From an uncultured Candidatus Saccharibacteria bacterium (GTDB lineage Bacteria; Patescibacteriota; Minisyncoccia; Phycocordibacterales; UBA12088): 64,000 nt of DNA. Shown here in pieces: positions 1 to 10,185 of the stretch (positions are counted from its first letter, which is position 1; each line of letters opens with the position of its first letter). The position numbers and the translations under genes are program-made. Under the pieces are notes generated by a model that saw nothing but the letters and a program-made list of their open reading frames with translations, did no database searches and had not been told where the DNA came from. The DNA lies in assembly GCA_964567265.1 (NCBI GenBank), contig CAZMLK010000001.1, positions 91,311 to 155,310 on the forward strand, given 5' to 3'.

Positions 1-213
1 GCGCCGCCGCAAGCGCCGCGCGGAGCGGAAGCGCATGCGTCACGCGAAGCATCATCATACGGAATAATTACGCGACGCTCAGGCTTCGTGGTCGTTCATA
101 ACCCCAGTGCACTTGATTGGGTTTTTCAACCGCCCTCTGTGCTTTAGGCGGGAAATCCTTGACACATCATTATAATAATTGTAGGTTGCGCAGAGTCTTG
201 AGGGAGGAAGAAT

Positions 214-654
214 ATGGCTCAAGAGACGCAATCGGCCATCGTGACCAAGCTCGGGCTCCTGGTAGCCGGCATGCACCGGCTGATCGAGCTCGAATTCCAT
301 GTGAAGCCGAAAGTGACCGGGGACCGGGCCCTCATATTGCTCGAGCTTCATAAATTAGGCGGCAGCGTGACGAACAAGTACTTCGTGGCCGCCGGGGTGT
401 ATGCCGGTGCGAACATCGCATATAACTTGGACAAGCTGCATCAGGACGGGTACATAATCCGTTCGACCTCACAGATTGACGCGCGAGAAACCGAGCTGCG
501 CATCACCGAGAAAGGGACACGGCTCGCAAAGAGAGTGCAAGAGTTCTTGGAGCCACTCGAGCAGTTGCTCATCGATGCGGGATTTACGCACGATGCTCTC
601 ATCAAGCTCGCGCGCGACATCGAGGATCGGTACCGTCCGGTCCGTATCTTATAG
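214..654 (+). CDS. MarR-family winged-helix transcriptional regulator
   Basis: 146 aa with a wHTH-like core (RALILLELHKLGGSVTNKYFVAAGVYAGANIAYNLDKLHQDGYIIR) typical of MarR; size fits. Confidence 0.5.
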   Translation: MAQETQSAIVTKLGLLVAGMHRLIELEFHVKPKVTGDRALILLELHKLGGSVTNKYFVAAGVYAGANIAYNLDKLHQDGYIIRSTSQIDARETELRITEKGTRLAKRVQEFLEPLEQLLIDAGFTHDALIKLARDIEDRYRPVRIL

Positions 655-755
655 ACCTGCGTTGAGATGCGGGCAGCGCAAGCTGCCCGTTTTTCTTTTT
701 GTAACTGCAGATGAATCCAAAAAAAGGGCAGCCTCACGGCCGCCCTTTTGCATGT

Positions 756-1235
756 TCACCAGCTCCCGATGATCGCCCCCATCACGATCATGACGATCAG
801 GGAACACGCGCTCTCGAAGAGCCAGAGCTTCGCACTCCGTCCCATCCAAATGACTTCAATCGACGTTGCAGGAACGAGGAAGCCGGCCCATGCCCAGAGT
901 GCGCAGATGATTCCGCCCGTCATCCCGACTCCCCCGAGATAGGGAGACGTCGATGCGAGCAAATAAAAGACCGCGAGCCCGTATGCGGTTGCAAGATTCG
1001 CGACGAAGTTCCACACCAACTTCGGGATCATGTCCGCGAATTTCTCGTTTCCCGTCGGATGGATGTTGGCGAGCTTCATCCACAATTTCCCGGATATCGG
1101 GCCGTGGAACAAGAATCCGAGGATGAACGCGGCGACTGCCGCAAGGACGACAGCGATCAGATTGATCGGCAACATAGACGTTGTATTAGAAACAGATAGT
1201 AATACCCAGTAACCCCACAATCGTATCAAATCCAC
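756..1235 (-). CDS. DUF1761-family integral membrane protein
   Basis: 159 aa, four hydrophobic helices; resembles the paralog at 18622-19029 (SPK/YxxxxGKLWMKL motif). Confidence 0.5.
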   Translation of the reverse strand: MDLIRLWGYWVLLSVSNTTSMLPINLIAVVLAAVAAFILGFLFHGPISGKLWMKLANIHPTGNEKFADMIPKLVWNFVANLATAYGLAVFYLLASTSPYLGGVGMTGGIICALWAWAGFLVPATSIEVIWMGRSAKLWLFESACSLIVMIVMGAIIGSW

Positions 1236-1244
1236 TGGAAGTGG

Positions 1245-1799
1245 CTACATCTCCGCGAGCTTGCGCACCGTGTTCACATTGCGGCCCGTCATGTTCTTGT
1301 ATACCGCGGTTCCGATGAATTTCCGCATCCCGCTCTTGTTGTAGTCAGTCAATTTCACGTTCCAGATGATCGCGCCGTCGACATACTTCAAACGGTCGAC
1401 ATCCCCGTTTTGATGAATGAGCGCGAGCGTCTTCTTGCTATCAAATTCCTTCCACAAGAAAAGCACATCGGTCTTCTGCCCGTCGCCATTGATCCAGTCT
1501 GCTGGAATCGCCTTCGCCACCTTCCGGATATTCTTGATCTCGCGAAGCACGATACGGACAGGGAAGCCCAACCGCTTCTTGAGCGCCTTCTCGATATCCA
1601 ACAAGAGCGCGTCCGCTTCTTCAACGCTGTCGAAGATGACATTCCCGGAATTGATGTAGGTGACGACGTCCGTGCAGCCGAGCTTCGTGAAGAGTGTCTT
1701 CAGCTTCGACATCTCTACCTTGTTGTTCCCGCCGACGTTGATCCCGCGGAGGAGCGCGACGTATCGGGTGCTTTTTGTTTTAGCCGAGGCTTTCTTCAT
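1245..1799 (-). CDS. DUF1697-family protein
   Basis: The ORF track extends to 1964, but the likely start is the internal MKKASAKTK (rc ATG at 1797-1799). ALLRGINVGGNNKVEMSKLK is the hallmark N-terminus of DUF1697. Confidence 0.6.
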   Translation of the reverse strand: MKKASAKTKSTRYVALLRGINVGGNNKVEMSKLKTLFTKLGCTDVVTYINSGNVIFDSVEEADALLLDIEKALKKRLGFPVRIVLREIKNIRKVAKAIPADWINGDGQKTDVLFLWKEFDSKKTLALIHQNGDVDRLKYVDGAIIWNVKLTDYNKSGMRKFIGTAVYKNMTGRNVNTVRKLAEM

Positions 1800-1813
1800 G
1801 GAGTAGAAGAAAG

Positions 1814-1990
1814 CTACGCTCGTATTTCTACGTTTTTTGTGAGCGTCTTGAAACGCTCCCCGTTTGCTTGGAGGACCGTGATGGTCACGTGGCCGGTTTT
1901 GCTCGTCTTGATATCCTTGACCACGCCGGACTTGCCCGCGTGCGTGCCGCCGATGACTTTGCATTTTGCTCCATCCTTCAATCCTTTCAT
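1814..1990 (-). CDS. small KOW/Tudor-like (DUF2945-like) protein
   Basis: Start taken at internal MKGLKDG. The GAKCKVIGGTHAGKSGVVKDI...GHVTITV beta-rich motif resembles small hypervirulence-associated Tudor-like proteins. Confidence 0.4.
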   Translation of the reverse strand: MKGLKDGAKCKVIGGTHAGKSGVVKDIKTSKTGHVTITVLQANGERFKTLTKNVEIRA

Positions 1991-2172
1991 ATGAATATTG
2001 TTGCGTGTTCTGTGCTGGTTGTCGAGGGGCTGGCGAGCGAGCTCATGAGCCATACGACACCAACCCTTTCCGTACCGAGTCGCCTCCCCTTGAAGAAACT
2101 TCCGGTGAGTGCTTTTTCAGTACGATGCGCGTATAATTGGTGTCCGACTAATCGCTCCTAAGCAAATTTTGC

Positions 2173-3378
2173 ATGATTACTCAACGCGAAAAAGACGACA
2201 CCAAAACCACAAAGGAGCTGCTGGAAGCATTCCGACTCCGCCTCGCTTTGTATTTAGAAGATCATGCCGTTCCAATCGAACAAGCGTCGACCAAGCGCCA
2301 TGTCGAACTCATCGAAGGTGTGTCAGAAAACCTTACGTTCATCCGTTCGGTATCGGATCAGCATCAGGCCGTGGTCAGGCGCATCGCTGAGGAGTTGAAA
2401 AACCCCAAGCCGTTGATCGATGACTACCGTCAATTCGGCAAGCAGTTCGCGACCACTGCCGTTGAAAAGAACCTTTCACTCCGCGACGCGATCGACGGCA
2501 TCTTGTTTCTCAAAAGCGAGATACTCCAAGAGATTGCAGAAGGAGATTTTCTTCAGGAGCTCAGCAGCATGGAGCTGAAGAGCCTTATGGATTTCATCGG
2601 GACACGTATCGACGTGCTCTTTGCCGAGCTTGCCGTTTCCTACCACCGCAATTTTACTGAAATCCTAGAAGGAGAACTGAAGCACCGGGAGAAACAGAAC
2701 CGGCAGAAAGATCTCTTCATCAGGATCGCTTCGCATGAGATCCGCAATCCGCTCGCGAGCGCCCTCGCGGTGTGCGAGCTAGCGGAATTCGAGAGCGTGC
2801 AGGCAGGGCAGAAAGATGGAGCGGTGTTGCCTGCTTTCCATGAGATCAAAGGCAACCTCGATCTGATCAGCCGCCATCTGAGCCAGCTCCTGACCATGTC
2901 CCTGCTTGAAGACGATACGATCGATGTGAAAAAAGAGCTGACCGACCTGCCTGAACTCTTGGAGCGCATCAAGACTTCCTTTGAACGGATCAGAAAGGGG
3001 TGCGTCATCGTGTTCACGCATCCGGCCTCGCTGCGTATCAACACCGATCCTGACAAGGTTGATCAAATAATCTCAAACCTCCTTCAGAATGCGGTGAAAT
3101 ACTGCCCCGAGGGCAGAGAAATCCAGCTATCGCTTGTCGAGGAAGGAGACCATGCGCTGATTTCGGTCACCGACTTCGGCAAAGGGATAGACGAGGAGAA
3201 TCTGGAAAGAATTTTCGACCCCTATGCTCGGCTCTCGGGCAACGATCCAGGCATCGAAGGCCTTGGACTCGGCTTATATATCTGCCGGACGCTTTCCCGA
3301 GCGCTCGACGGAACGCTCACGGTGAAAAGCGCAGTCGGTGAAGGCTCTACCTTTACGCTTACACTCCCGCTCGAATAA
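2173..3378 (+). CDS. sensor histidine kinase (cytoplasmic, no TM segment)
   Basis: HisKA H-box IASHEIRNPLASAL. HATPase_c N, G1 and G2 boxes (LLQNAVKYCPEG, VTDFGKGIDEENLERIFDPY, GLGLGLYICR). Confidence 0.85.
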   Translation: MITQREKDDTKTTKELLEAFRLRLALYLEDHAVPIEQASTKRHVELIEGVSENLTFIRSVSDQHQAVVRRIAEELKNPKPLIDDYRQFGKQFATTAVEKNLSLRDAIDGILFLKSEILQEIAEGDFLQELSSMELKSLMDFIGTRIDVLFAELAVSYHRNFTEILEGELKHREKQNRQKDLFIRIASHEIRNPLASALAVCELAEFESVQAGQKDGAVLPAFHEIKGNLDLISRHLSQLLTMSLLEDDTIDVKKELTDLPELLERIKTSFERIRKGCVIVFTHPASLRINTDPDKVDQIISNLLQNAVKYCPEGREIQLSLVEEGDHALISVTDFGKGIDEENLERIFDPYARLSGNDPGIEGLGLGLYICRTLSRALDGTLTVKSAVGEGSTFTLTLPLE

Positions 3379-3415
3379 GGAGCACCTCCTGGTGGCGGTG
3401 TCCGTGTTTACTAAA

Positions 3416-4021
3416 TCACTCTGCCGCCTTGAGCGCGCCTGCAGGCTCGTAGGTTGCGAAGATGAGCCCAGTCTTTCCGATCTTCGAATCAACCAGCTTG
3501 AAATTTTCTGCCTGCGTCCCCTCCGCGAATAGTTTCTTGCCGGTCCCGATCGTGATCGGGTGTATCCAGAGATGCATCTTGTCGATCAGGCCGTGCTTCA
3601 GTAATGTCTGGATGAAGTTCCCGCTGCCATACACCCATAGATCCGGACCGTCCTGTTCCTTCAACTTCTTGAGCTCCGCGAGCACATCGCCCGAAATGCA
3701 GGTCGAATTGTTCCATGAAGGCTCGAACGATTCATGGGACACGACGTATTTCCTCGTCTTGTTGAAGGGAACCGCAACCTCGAGATCGGTATCTGCGTTC
3801 GGCCAGAATGCGGCGAAGATGTCATAGGTGGTCTTGCCGAGGAGAAGCTCGAACGGGATCTTGAAGAATCCGCTGAGGATTGCATTCAGCTCTTCGTCGT
3901 GAGGGAACGTGAGCTGCCAGCCGCCATACGCGAATCCGCCTGCCGTGTCCTCATCCGCGCCTCCCGGCGCTTGCATCACGCCGTCGAGCGTGACGAATGT
4001 AGTGGTGATGATTTTTCTCAT
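3416..4021 (-). CDS. dihydrofolate reductase family protein (RibD C-terminal domain-like)
   Basis: 201 aa with MRKIITTTFVTLDGVMQAPGG... and YGSGNFIQTLLKHGLIDKMHLWIHPITIGTGKKLF, typical of the RibD_C/DHFR-like family. Confidence 0.65.
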   Translation of the reverse strand: MRKIITTTFVTLDGVMQAPGGADEDTAGGFAYGGWQLTFPHDEELNAILSGFFKIPFELLLGKTTYDIFAAFWPNADTDLEVAVPFNKTRKYVVSHESFEPSWNNSTCISGDVLAELKKLKEQDGPDLWVYGSGNFIQTLLKHGLIDKMHLWIHPITIGTGKKLFAEGTQAENFKLVDSKIGKTGLIFATYEPAGALKAAE

Positions 4022-4121
4022 ATTGATACTATATCAAATCGAGCCTGTTGCGCTGACCACGTCTCTGGACGAGTGTACGCCGCCTGTCGAAACATTGCAG
4101 AAGTCCCGCACTCATTGGCAG

Positions 4122-4862
4122 CTATTGTTGCTCCCTATTTCCTCCTTCATTCGGATTTGGACGAATGAACCGCTCGAATTCCTGATAAATGGCATAACGG
4201 AAATTTGTATCCTCTTCGGAATCACCCCATATGCCGTGCGGCGCGTCTTTCAGGATAAAAAGTGAAAGCCCTCCGTCTTTTTTCACCTCCTTGTATTTGT
4301 GGATAACAGGACTGGGTATTACTTCATCCTTTTCAGACTCGATGAGTAGCACGGGATGTTCGTACATGCGCAACCACTCGAACGAGTGAGAGTCACGCCA
4401 GCTTCCTTCTTTCCGGATCTCGTCGGTGAAACCTTTCCCGAATGGCACGTTGTGGACCGAGCGGGCATACGCCGCAGGCGCATGAAGGATAAGTGCACCG
4501 AATACATCCGGCTTTTCTTGGATCAGTCCGAGTGCTATGTAGCCCCCCATGCTTGCTCCATAGAGGACGCGCCGGTGCGCCGGCATCTGTTCAGTCATCC
4601 AGTCAGTAACGTGGACCGCCTCCTCGATACGCGATTTCAGCGAACTTTCCTCGAGAGGTACGCCTGAGCCGTTCACTCCGGAATAATCAAAGCTCACGGA
4701 GCTTATACCTGCCGTAGCCAATCCTTCTTGCCACTCATGATAGCGTTCCTTGCCCACGGTGAGGCTGCCTCCGGAAAGAAAAAGGACGCACTCTCTCGAG
4801 CCCTCTGCCCTGATCACGGTCGCGTTCAAGGCGGTTGTTCCGGCTTGTATCTCGATTTCCAT
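4122..4862 (-). CDS. alpha/beta hydrolase
   Basis: GxSxG nucleophile elbow GASMGGYIAL. C-terminal D and H (DEVIPSP...APHG). Confidence 0.65.
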   Translation of the reverse strand: MEIEIQAGTTALNATVIRAEGSRECVLFLSGGSLTVGKERYHEWQEGLATAGISSVSFDYSGVNGSGVPLEESSLKSRIEEAVHVTDWMTEQMPAHRRVLYGASMGGYIALGLIQEKPDVFGALILHAPAAYARSVHNVPFGKGFTDEIRKEGSWRDSHSFEWLRMYEHPVLLIESEKDEVIPSPVIHKYKEVKKDGGLSLFILKDAPHGIWGDSEEDTNFRYAIYQEFERFIRPNPNEGGNREQQ

Positions 4863-4893
4863 TAGTTGCCTATTCTAGCAGTTTTTTGCTAGA

Positions 4894-5775
4894 GTGCTCG
4901 CGGCTCGTAAACGACAGGAGAATCTCGTGACACTTTCGAGACGAATGGCGATGCCTCAGACAGAAGCGGATTGGCTCAACACGGGCAGGTTCACTGTCGA
5001 ATATGTCACCGTCCGGGGCATATCGATAAAATGCGCGCTTGTGCCAAGCAAGGAAAGGGGCCGGCTGGTCACCATGATCGGCGGCATACCCCGTGAACCC
5101 GATAGGCAGCGCAACCTGCCCTTGGTGAATAAGTTGTATGGACAGCTCTCGATAGAACTGGCGGCCTGCGGAGTGAGCAGTCTGCTCTACAACCAACCCG
5201 CAACCGGCGGCTCCGGGGGAGCATGGGAGAAAGAAACCATTGCATCACGGACCGAGGTGCTTGCGGAACTGGTCATGCATTTCAGCAAGCGTCTCTCTGT
5301 AACAGACAATGCCCTGGTAGGTTCCAGTGCGGGTGCGTATATGGCGGTAGGTGCCCTCGAGCACGTGCGGCCCCATGGCGAGCTCGTCTCAAAGCTGATC
5401 CTCCTCTCTCCGGCAGCGTATCCAGAAAAGATTGAGTCGGTGTCCTATGGTCCGGAATTCAGCCAGCTCATCCGGGAGCCTTGGGACGTATCGACATCGC
5501 CGGTCTTCGAAAGGCTCGCGAAATTCGCGCGTGATGGCGGGGAAGCCCTCACCTGCTTTTTCGAAGCAGATGACCCGCCCATTCCGATGTTCATTCAAGA
5601 GTATTACCGGGATCACGCGAGACAGATTTTTGCGAAGAGAGGTGGCGGGTCCGTCATCACCATTCCGGGTGTGGCGCACAACTTCCGTAAGCTCAAAAGG
5701 GCGCGGAGAGAGAATGTCACCGACGATGACAGCATACGGGCCACCGCCCATACGTTCCTCGAATTCTTACGGTGA
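4894..5775 (+). CDS. alpha/beta hydrolase family protein
   Basis: GxSxG GSSAGAYMAV, and the size of the hydrolase fold. The true start may be an internal Met. Confidence 0.5.
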   Translation: MLAARKRQENLVTLSRRMAMPQTEADWLNTGRFTVEYVTVRGISIKCALVPSKERGRLVTMIGGIPREPDRQRNLPLVNKLYGQLSIELAACGVSSLLYNQPATGGSGGAWEKETIASRTEVLAELVMHFSKRLSVTDNALVGSSAGAYMAVGALEHVRPHGELVSKLILLSPAAYPEKIESVSYGPEFSQLIREPWDVSTSPVFERLAKFARDGGEALTCFFEADDPPIPMFIQEYYRDHARQIFAKRGGGSVITIPGVAHNFRKLKRARRENVTDDDSIRATAHTFLEFLR

Positions 5776-5953
5776 GCATGCTCACGAGAAACCGCCGGCT
5801 CCACGCCGGCGGTTTACATTATCCAAGCGACAACCGTGCCACCCTCACGCAATCAAAGCCTACGTCCAAATACCCAAAATAACGATAAATACATATTGAC
5901 AAACGATAAGTACTGGATTACGATCGAAGCATATACAGGTATAAGCAGTAACT

Positions 5954-6430
5954 ATGAAAAGAAGCTCGACAGTTTTTCTGCAGGTGGTCATCGTGGCTCT
6001 CGGCATCGGCGCGCTCGCGCTCCTGCTTGCCGAACCGCACTTCGAGGGCGTGAACGCGAACAAGACATTCTTCGCGGTGTATCTTGATCCCTTTATCGCG
6101 CTCGTCTACGCAGGTTCTATTCCTTTTTTCGTAGCGCTCTGCCAGGCGTTCAAGGTTCTGGGGTATGCGGGACAAAACAAGGTATTCTCGCCGGAAGCCG
6201 TGAAAGCCCTGCGCACCATAAAATACTGCGCGCTCGCCATCGTCGGCTTCGTCGTCTTAGAAGAGATTTTCATCATGCTGAATCATGGAAGCGATGACGC
6301 TGCGGGCGGCATTTTCATGGGCATCCTCATCACGTTCGGCTCAATCGTGATTGCGACAGCTGCTGCGATGTTCGAACGGATCTTGCAAAACGCCGTCGAC
6401 ATAAAGTCCGAGAACGACTTGGTGGTGTAA
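5954..6430 (+). CDS. DUF2975-family membrane protein
   Basis: Four-TM small protein immediately upstream of an XRE HTH gene, the conserved YozG/DUF2975 pairing. Confidence 0.6.
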   Translation: MKRSSTVFLQVVIVALGIGALALLLAEPHFEGVNANKTFFAVYLDPFIALVYAGSIPFFVALCQAFKVLGYAGQNKVFSPEAVKALRTIKYCALAIVGFVVLEEIFIMLNHGSDDAAGGIFMGILITFGSIVIATAAAMFERILQNAVDIKSENDLVV

Positions 6431-6440
6431 CGAAACCCCT

Positions 6441-6644
6441 ATGGCAATCATCATAAATATCGACGTCATGCTGGCGAAGCGGAAGATGAGCGTCACCGAG
6501 CTCGCCGAGAAAGTCGGCATCACGATGGCCAACATTTCTGTCTTGAAGAATGGCAAGGCGAAGGCCGTCCGCCTCTCGACCCTGGAGGCGATCTGCAAAG
6601 CCCTCAAGTGCCAGCCGGGAGACATCCTCGAATACACCGATTAG
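6441..6644 (+). CDS. XRE-family HTH transcriptional regulator (YozG-like)
   Basis: 67 aa with MLAKRKMSVTELAEKVGITMANISVLKNGKAKAVRLSTLEAICKALKCQPGDILEY, the canonical YozG-type HTH. Confidence 0.8.
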   Translation: MAIIINIDVMLAKRKMSVTELAEKVGITMANISVLKNGKAKAVRLSTLEAICKALKCQPGDILEYTD

Positions 6645-6794
6645 CTCGTTCACGGAGCGAATGGATTTAGCGCCCCAAGTAACGTATATTGGACTCAGTG
6701 GACATACGTGGATCATCTTGCGGCCGACGCTTCGGGCATTTCGCAGGCCACTCCCCACATTGAAATCGAAGCGAATTACCAGCTAATACGTGTA

Positions 6795-6980
6795 GCCATG
6801 AATCTGAAAGAGATGCATGACGAGCACACCCGCGACTGGTACGACCCCAAGGACGGCATCAAGTATGGCCTCGCAGCCATGAAATGGTACGGCTGGGGTT
6901 CGCCGGTGGGCTTAGGCCTATTTTTCCTGTCGGTCGCGGGAGTCATCTATCTCCTGCACCTCGCAGGCTTGATAGGGTAG
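6795..6980 (+). CDS. small membrane protein (hypothetical)
   Basis: Internal ATG at 6795. C-terminal hydrophobic helix. Followed by the intrinsic terminator at 6984-7017. Confidence 0.3.
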   Translation, partial: AMNLKEMHDEHTRDWYDPKDGIKYGLAAMKWYGWGSPVGLGLFFLSVAGVIYLLHLAGLIG

Positions 6981-6983
6981 CAG

Positions 6984-7017
6984 AAAAAGACCCGGGGGAA
7001 TTCCTCCGGGTCTTTTT
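6984..7017. terminator. bidirectional intrinsic terminator
   Basis: aaaagacccggggg-aattcc-tccgggtcttttt hairpin with flanking A/T runs, between convergent genes. Confidence 0.6.
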
Positions 7018-7052
7018 CATTTGCGTCTCAGCTCGAGTTACTGCTACCTGTT

Positions 7053-7466
7053 CTACTTCGCGTCGACGTCGATCATCCATTCGATACCGTATTTGTCCCT
7101 GAACATTGCAAAAGCACTGTTACCGGAGGGCGCAATCTCAACCGTTCCGCCTTCCGAAAGCCCTTTGAATAGCTTGTCGGCTTCTTCGCGGCTTTCCGCG
7201 CTGATTGATATCTTGGATCGGTTCTCGTTCTCGTTCGTCCGCCCCATGCTTTCCGGGACGTCATTGGCCTTCAGCGTGTTCGGGCCGATGGGGAGCGCGA
7301 TCAGTATTACTTTATTCTCTTCCTGGGGTGCGACAGGGAATTCAGCGCTTGCGATGTCCTTGAAACGAGTAATTTTTGAGATTTCTCCGCCGAATACCGA
7401 CTTGTAAAAAGTGAACGCTTCTTCGGCATTGCCGTTGAAGTTGATGTAGGGATTGATGAGTGCCAT
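7053..7466 (-). CDS. VOC/glyoxalase-family protein (PhnB-like)
   Basis: 137 aa, MALINPYINFNGNAEEAFTFYKSVFGG ... GIEWMIDV, matching the PhnB/VOC N- and C-terminal signatures. Confidence 0.7.
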   Translation of the reverse strand: MALINPYINFNGNAEEAFTFYKSVFGGEISKITRFKDIASAEFPVAPQEENKVILIALPIGPNTLKANDVPESMGRTNENENRSKISISAESREEADKLFKGLSEGGTVEIAPSGNSAFAMFRDKYGIEWMIDVDAK

Positions 7467-7550
7467 ATGCGTGGATTATATCTTATTTTACTAATTCCTC
7501 CAGCGGAGGGGGCCAATACGTACCTTTGAGTCCTCTCTCTGTCAAAAATG

Positions 7551-7584
7551 AAAAGCCCCGAGCAGCTTCGCTGCTCGGGGCTTG
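7551..7584 (-). terminator. intrinsic terminator of the protease gene
   Basis: gccccgagcagc-ttcg-gctgctcggggc hairpin followed (minus strand) by a U-run. Confidence 0.6.
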
Positions 7585-7598
7585 ATCCCACCGTTCAA

Positions 7599-8720
7599 TC
7601 ACTGAAACGGTGTTTGTATTTGCGGCAATCCTCCGACCGAAGGTTCCGCTCCATCACTTCTAGTACGACTGAACGCTTGGAGCGCCTCCCATGCTTTTTG
7701 TAATTCGGCGGCATTTCCGCCGCCAGTCTCAACTGCTCGCCTTGCAGCATCCGTCACTGCATTCATGAGCGTCGTGAGCTGATCATCAACGGAAACTCCT
7801 ACGGGTGCAGTCGGTACCTCATGTGTCGGCAGAATCAAATTTGGTGCCACACCATTCTTTTGCCTCAGGATCGAAGAAGCGCTGACCGCAAAATTATTCG
7901 CTTGGCCCCACGGTGGCGGGACATTCAATGAACCGAACGCCGCTACATTCATTGGACGGCTTGCGTAATCCTGCACGGTCGCAACGACCTGTCCCACACA
8001 ATCAAAGACAGGTGCACCTGACGCGCCGCGATTCAAGACATCACGGTGGTTATTTCTGTCGCCCACATCAAGGGGAATGTATGGGGGCGGTTCCTTTGCT
8101 TTGTCGCTCCTCGCATCTTCCGAGGGAGTCGGATATCGAACGTTCCCCAGCGCGATTCGGAGCACTGGATCAGGATCGGGTGTTGCGTACGCAGTAAGCG
8201 CTCGACTTCCATCGGGCGCGGGATACGCGAGTGCGACAATTGGCTCATTTTGCCGGAGCGGCGCATAGCGAATCTTCGCGATCTGCGCACCCTCGACCAC
8301 GTCTTTGAGTTCTAGCGCGACAATCACTTCTGCGCCGGGATCTCCCGCAAACACATTTGCGATTCTCGCCCGTGTTTCGAGTACGTGAGCAGATTTGCCT
8401 CCTTCCGCATCGCTCCAAAAGAACGTGACGGGTCTCCATTCGGTCGCGCTCAAATGCGCCGCGACCACCACATGCTCTATCGTAACGAGCGTTTTCTTAT
8501 CAAGAAACCATGCGGTCCCCCCGATCCCGTTGGTATACGCATTGGGACGCTCATCTTCTTTGAGCGGTACTTGCATTCCGACTGTGGTGCGAATGAGCCT
8601 TGTCGGCAACAGCTCATCCGGACATTTCTCGTACTGTTCAAACGCTCTTGGCGTCGCCGCACTTACGCTCGGCGTCGCGGCAAACAACAAGGCAAAAGCA
8701 CAAAGGGACGTACGCCACAT
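7599..8720 (-). CDS. secreted trypsin-like serine peptidase
   Basis: Signal peptide MWRTSLCAFALLFAATPSVSA. GASGAPVFD matches the GDSGGP-type catalytic Ser motif. His and Asp candidates lie upstream. Confidence 0.55.
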   Translation of the reverse strand: MWRTSLCAFALLFAATPSVSAATPRAFEQYEKCPDELLPTRLIRTTVGMQVPLKEDERPNAYTNGIGGTAWFLDKKTLVTIEHVVVAAHLSATEWRPVTFFWSDAEGGKSAHVLETRARIANVFAGDPGAEVIVALELKDVVEGAQIAKIRYAPLRQNEPIVALAYPAPDGSRALTAYATPDPDPVLRIALGNVRYPTPSEDARSDKAKEPPPYIPLDVGDRNNHRDVLNRGASGAPVFDCVGQVVATVQDYASRPMNVAAFGSLNVPPPWGQANNFAVSASSILRQKNGVAPNLILPTHEVPTAPVGVSVDDQLTTLMNAVTDAARRAVETGGGNAAELQKAWEALQAFSRTRSDGAEPSVGGLPQIQTPFQ

Positions 8721-9367
8721 CGAACTTCTCCAGAGCTAGAGTCACTTCTGGCCTGAGGATAGCATACAATTTCTGGGTGTACATTTGGCGTTGCGCCATT
8801 CTTCCTACCCTCCGTCTCGTCACTTCGTTTCGGCGGGCACGCCGCAGTTAGCAACCGGAGCTGGTATCGAGAAGCGCGAGCTTATGGGGTGGTTCAAATC
8901 GCGAGTAAAGATCACGAAGGGCGTAGTTCCCCTGGGATAGTGCGAGGCCAAAACTCCACCTTTGAGTTGAAATTCGGCGTTGCGTTTGCGGAACAGAGGG
9001 AATTCCAGGAGGAAATAATGCACACAAGGTTATATAGTTCATTTCAATCCCTATCCCTATCCCTAGGAATATGCATAATACCCTTATATAAGAAGGTATT
9101 TCAACTATATAGATATGCTACGCGTTCAGTAAAACCAGATAACCCATAGTGTGTCCGTTCCTGCTGGTAGCGGATCCTTTCCGCTAGCGTAACGCCGGAT
9201 TTCAACGACTCGGAAGGTCATTACCCCTTTACAATTGTGTCAGGAAGGTGATTTAATGGCTGAGATCGGCTCGCGCTTGGACCGGGTATTGACGCGCTCG
9301 AAGCTGGGTGTACACTAACTAGCAGTTCATAAACGCAGTACTCACTATCACTTTCAAAGTAAACATC

Positions 9368-9766
9368 ATGGCAAAGACTAACGATCCCCTCGCTTCTCTC
9401 ATCTCAAGCGATGCGAAGGCGACAGACAGGAAGAAGCTCGCTGAACTTGTGGGTCCATACATGGTCATAGACCAGGACTCACGGGAGTTCAGTTTTCACT
9501 CGATGCTACACGACGTAGACGGCAATGATACAAAAATTGAGATCCTTCTCGCAGGCGCAAAAGCGCGCTCTCTGTACTTCGATATGACCGACGGCCTGTT
9601 GCCCGGTGAAGTGCAGGCCGCCGGACTCATGCCCGAAGGTAGCGTGAAAACCAGCCTCAAAAAACTTTTCGATAGCCACCGTATAAAAAAGGACAAGGAA
9701 GGCAGGTACTTCCTCCCGGCACACCGCATCCAAGAACTTATTAAGAAACTCAATGGTCTTCAATAA
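9368..9766 (+). CDS. hypothetical protein (possible wHTH)
   Basis: 132 aa. First gene of a lower-GC four-gene operon. The C-terminus resembles a winged helix. Confidence 0.45.
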   Translation: MAKTNDPLASLISSDAKATDRKKLAELVGPYMVIDQDSREFSFHSMLHDVDGNDTKIEILLAGAKARSLYFDMTDGLLPGEVQAAGLMPEGSVKTSLKKLFDSHRIKKDKEGRYFLPAHRIQELIKKLNGLQ

Positions 9767-9769
9767 CAT

Positions 9770-10180
9770 ATGAACAAACTTCAAGATCAGGTTCACGCTC
9801 TCGAGGAACGAGTCGCCAAACTCGAACGGGTTTTACTCTCTGCACAGGAGAGCGGCGCGTCTCCAGCAAAGACAAAAAAATCATCTGCAAAAGAGTTCCT
9901 CATGACCAAGGCACTGAAAACTGAAACGCAAAAGGTGCTCGCACTCGGTTACTTCCTTGAGTACATGGGGAACATGGAATCATTCAACGTAAATGACCTG
10001 GAGACGGTCTTCCGTTCGGCAAAAGAGCGGGTGCCGAAAAACATGAACGACGCGGTCAACAAAAACATCGCCCGCGGATTCCTTATGGAAGCGGCCGGAA
10101 AGAAGGATGCGAAGAAGGCGTGGTGCCTAACGTCAACCGGAGAAAAGTATCTCGAAGACGACCTTACAACTAACCGATAA
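9770..10180 (+). CDS. hypothetical protein with N-terminal coiled coil
   Basis: 136 aa. Starts 4 nt after the previous stop. The C-terminal KKAWCLTSTGEKYL resembles KNAWLTSGDVGKV in the next gene. Confidence 0.45.
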   Translation: MNKLQDQVHALEERVAKLERVLLSAQESGASPAKTKKSSAKEFLMTKALKTETQKVLALGYFLEYMGNMESFNVNDLETVFRSAKERVPKNMNDAVNKNIARGFLMEAAGKKDAKKAWCLTSTGEKYLEDDLTTNR

Positions 10181-10185
10181 TCGCC

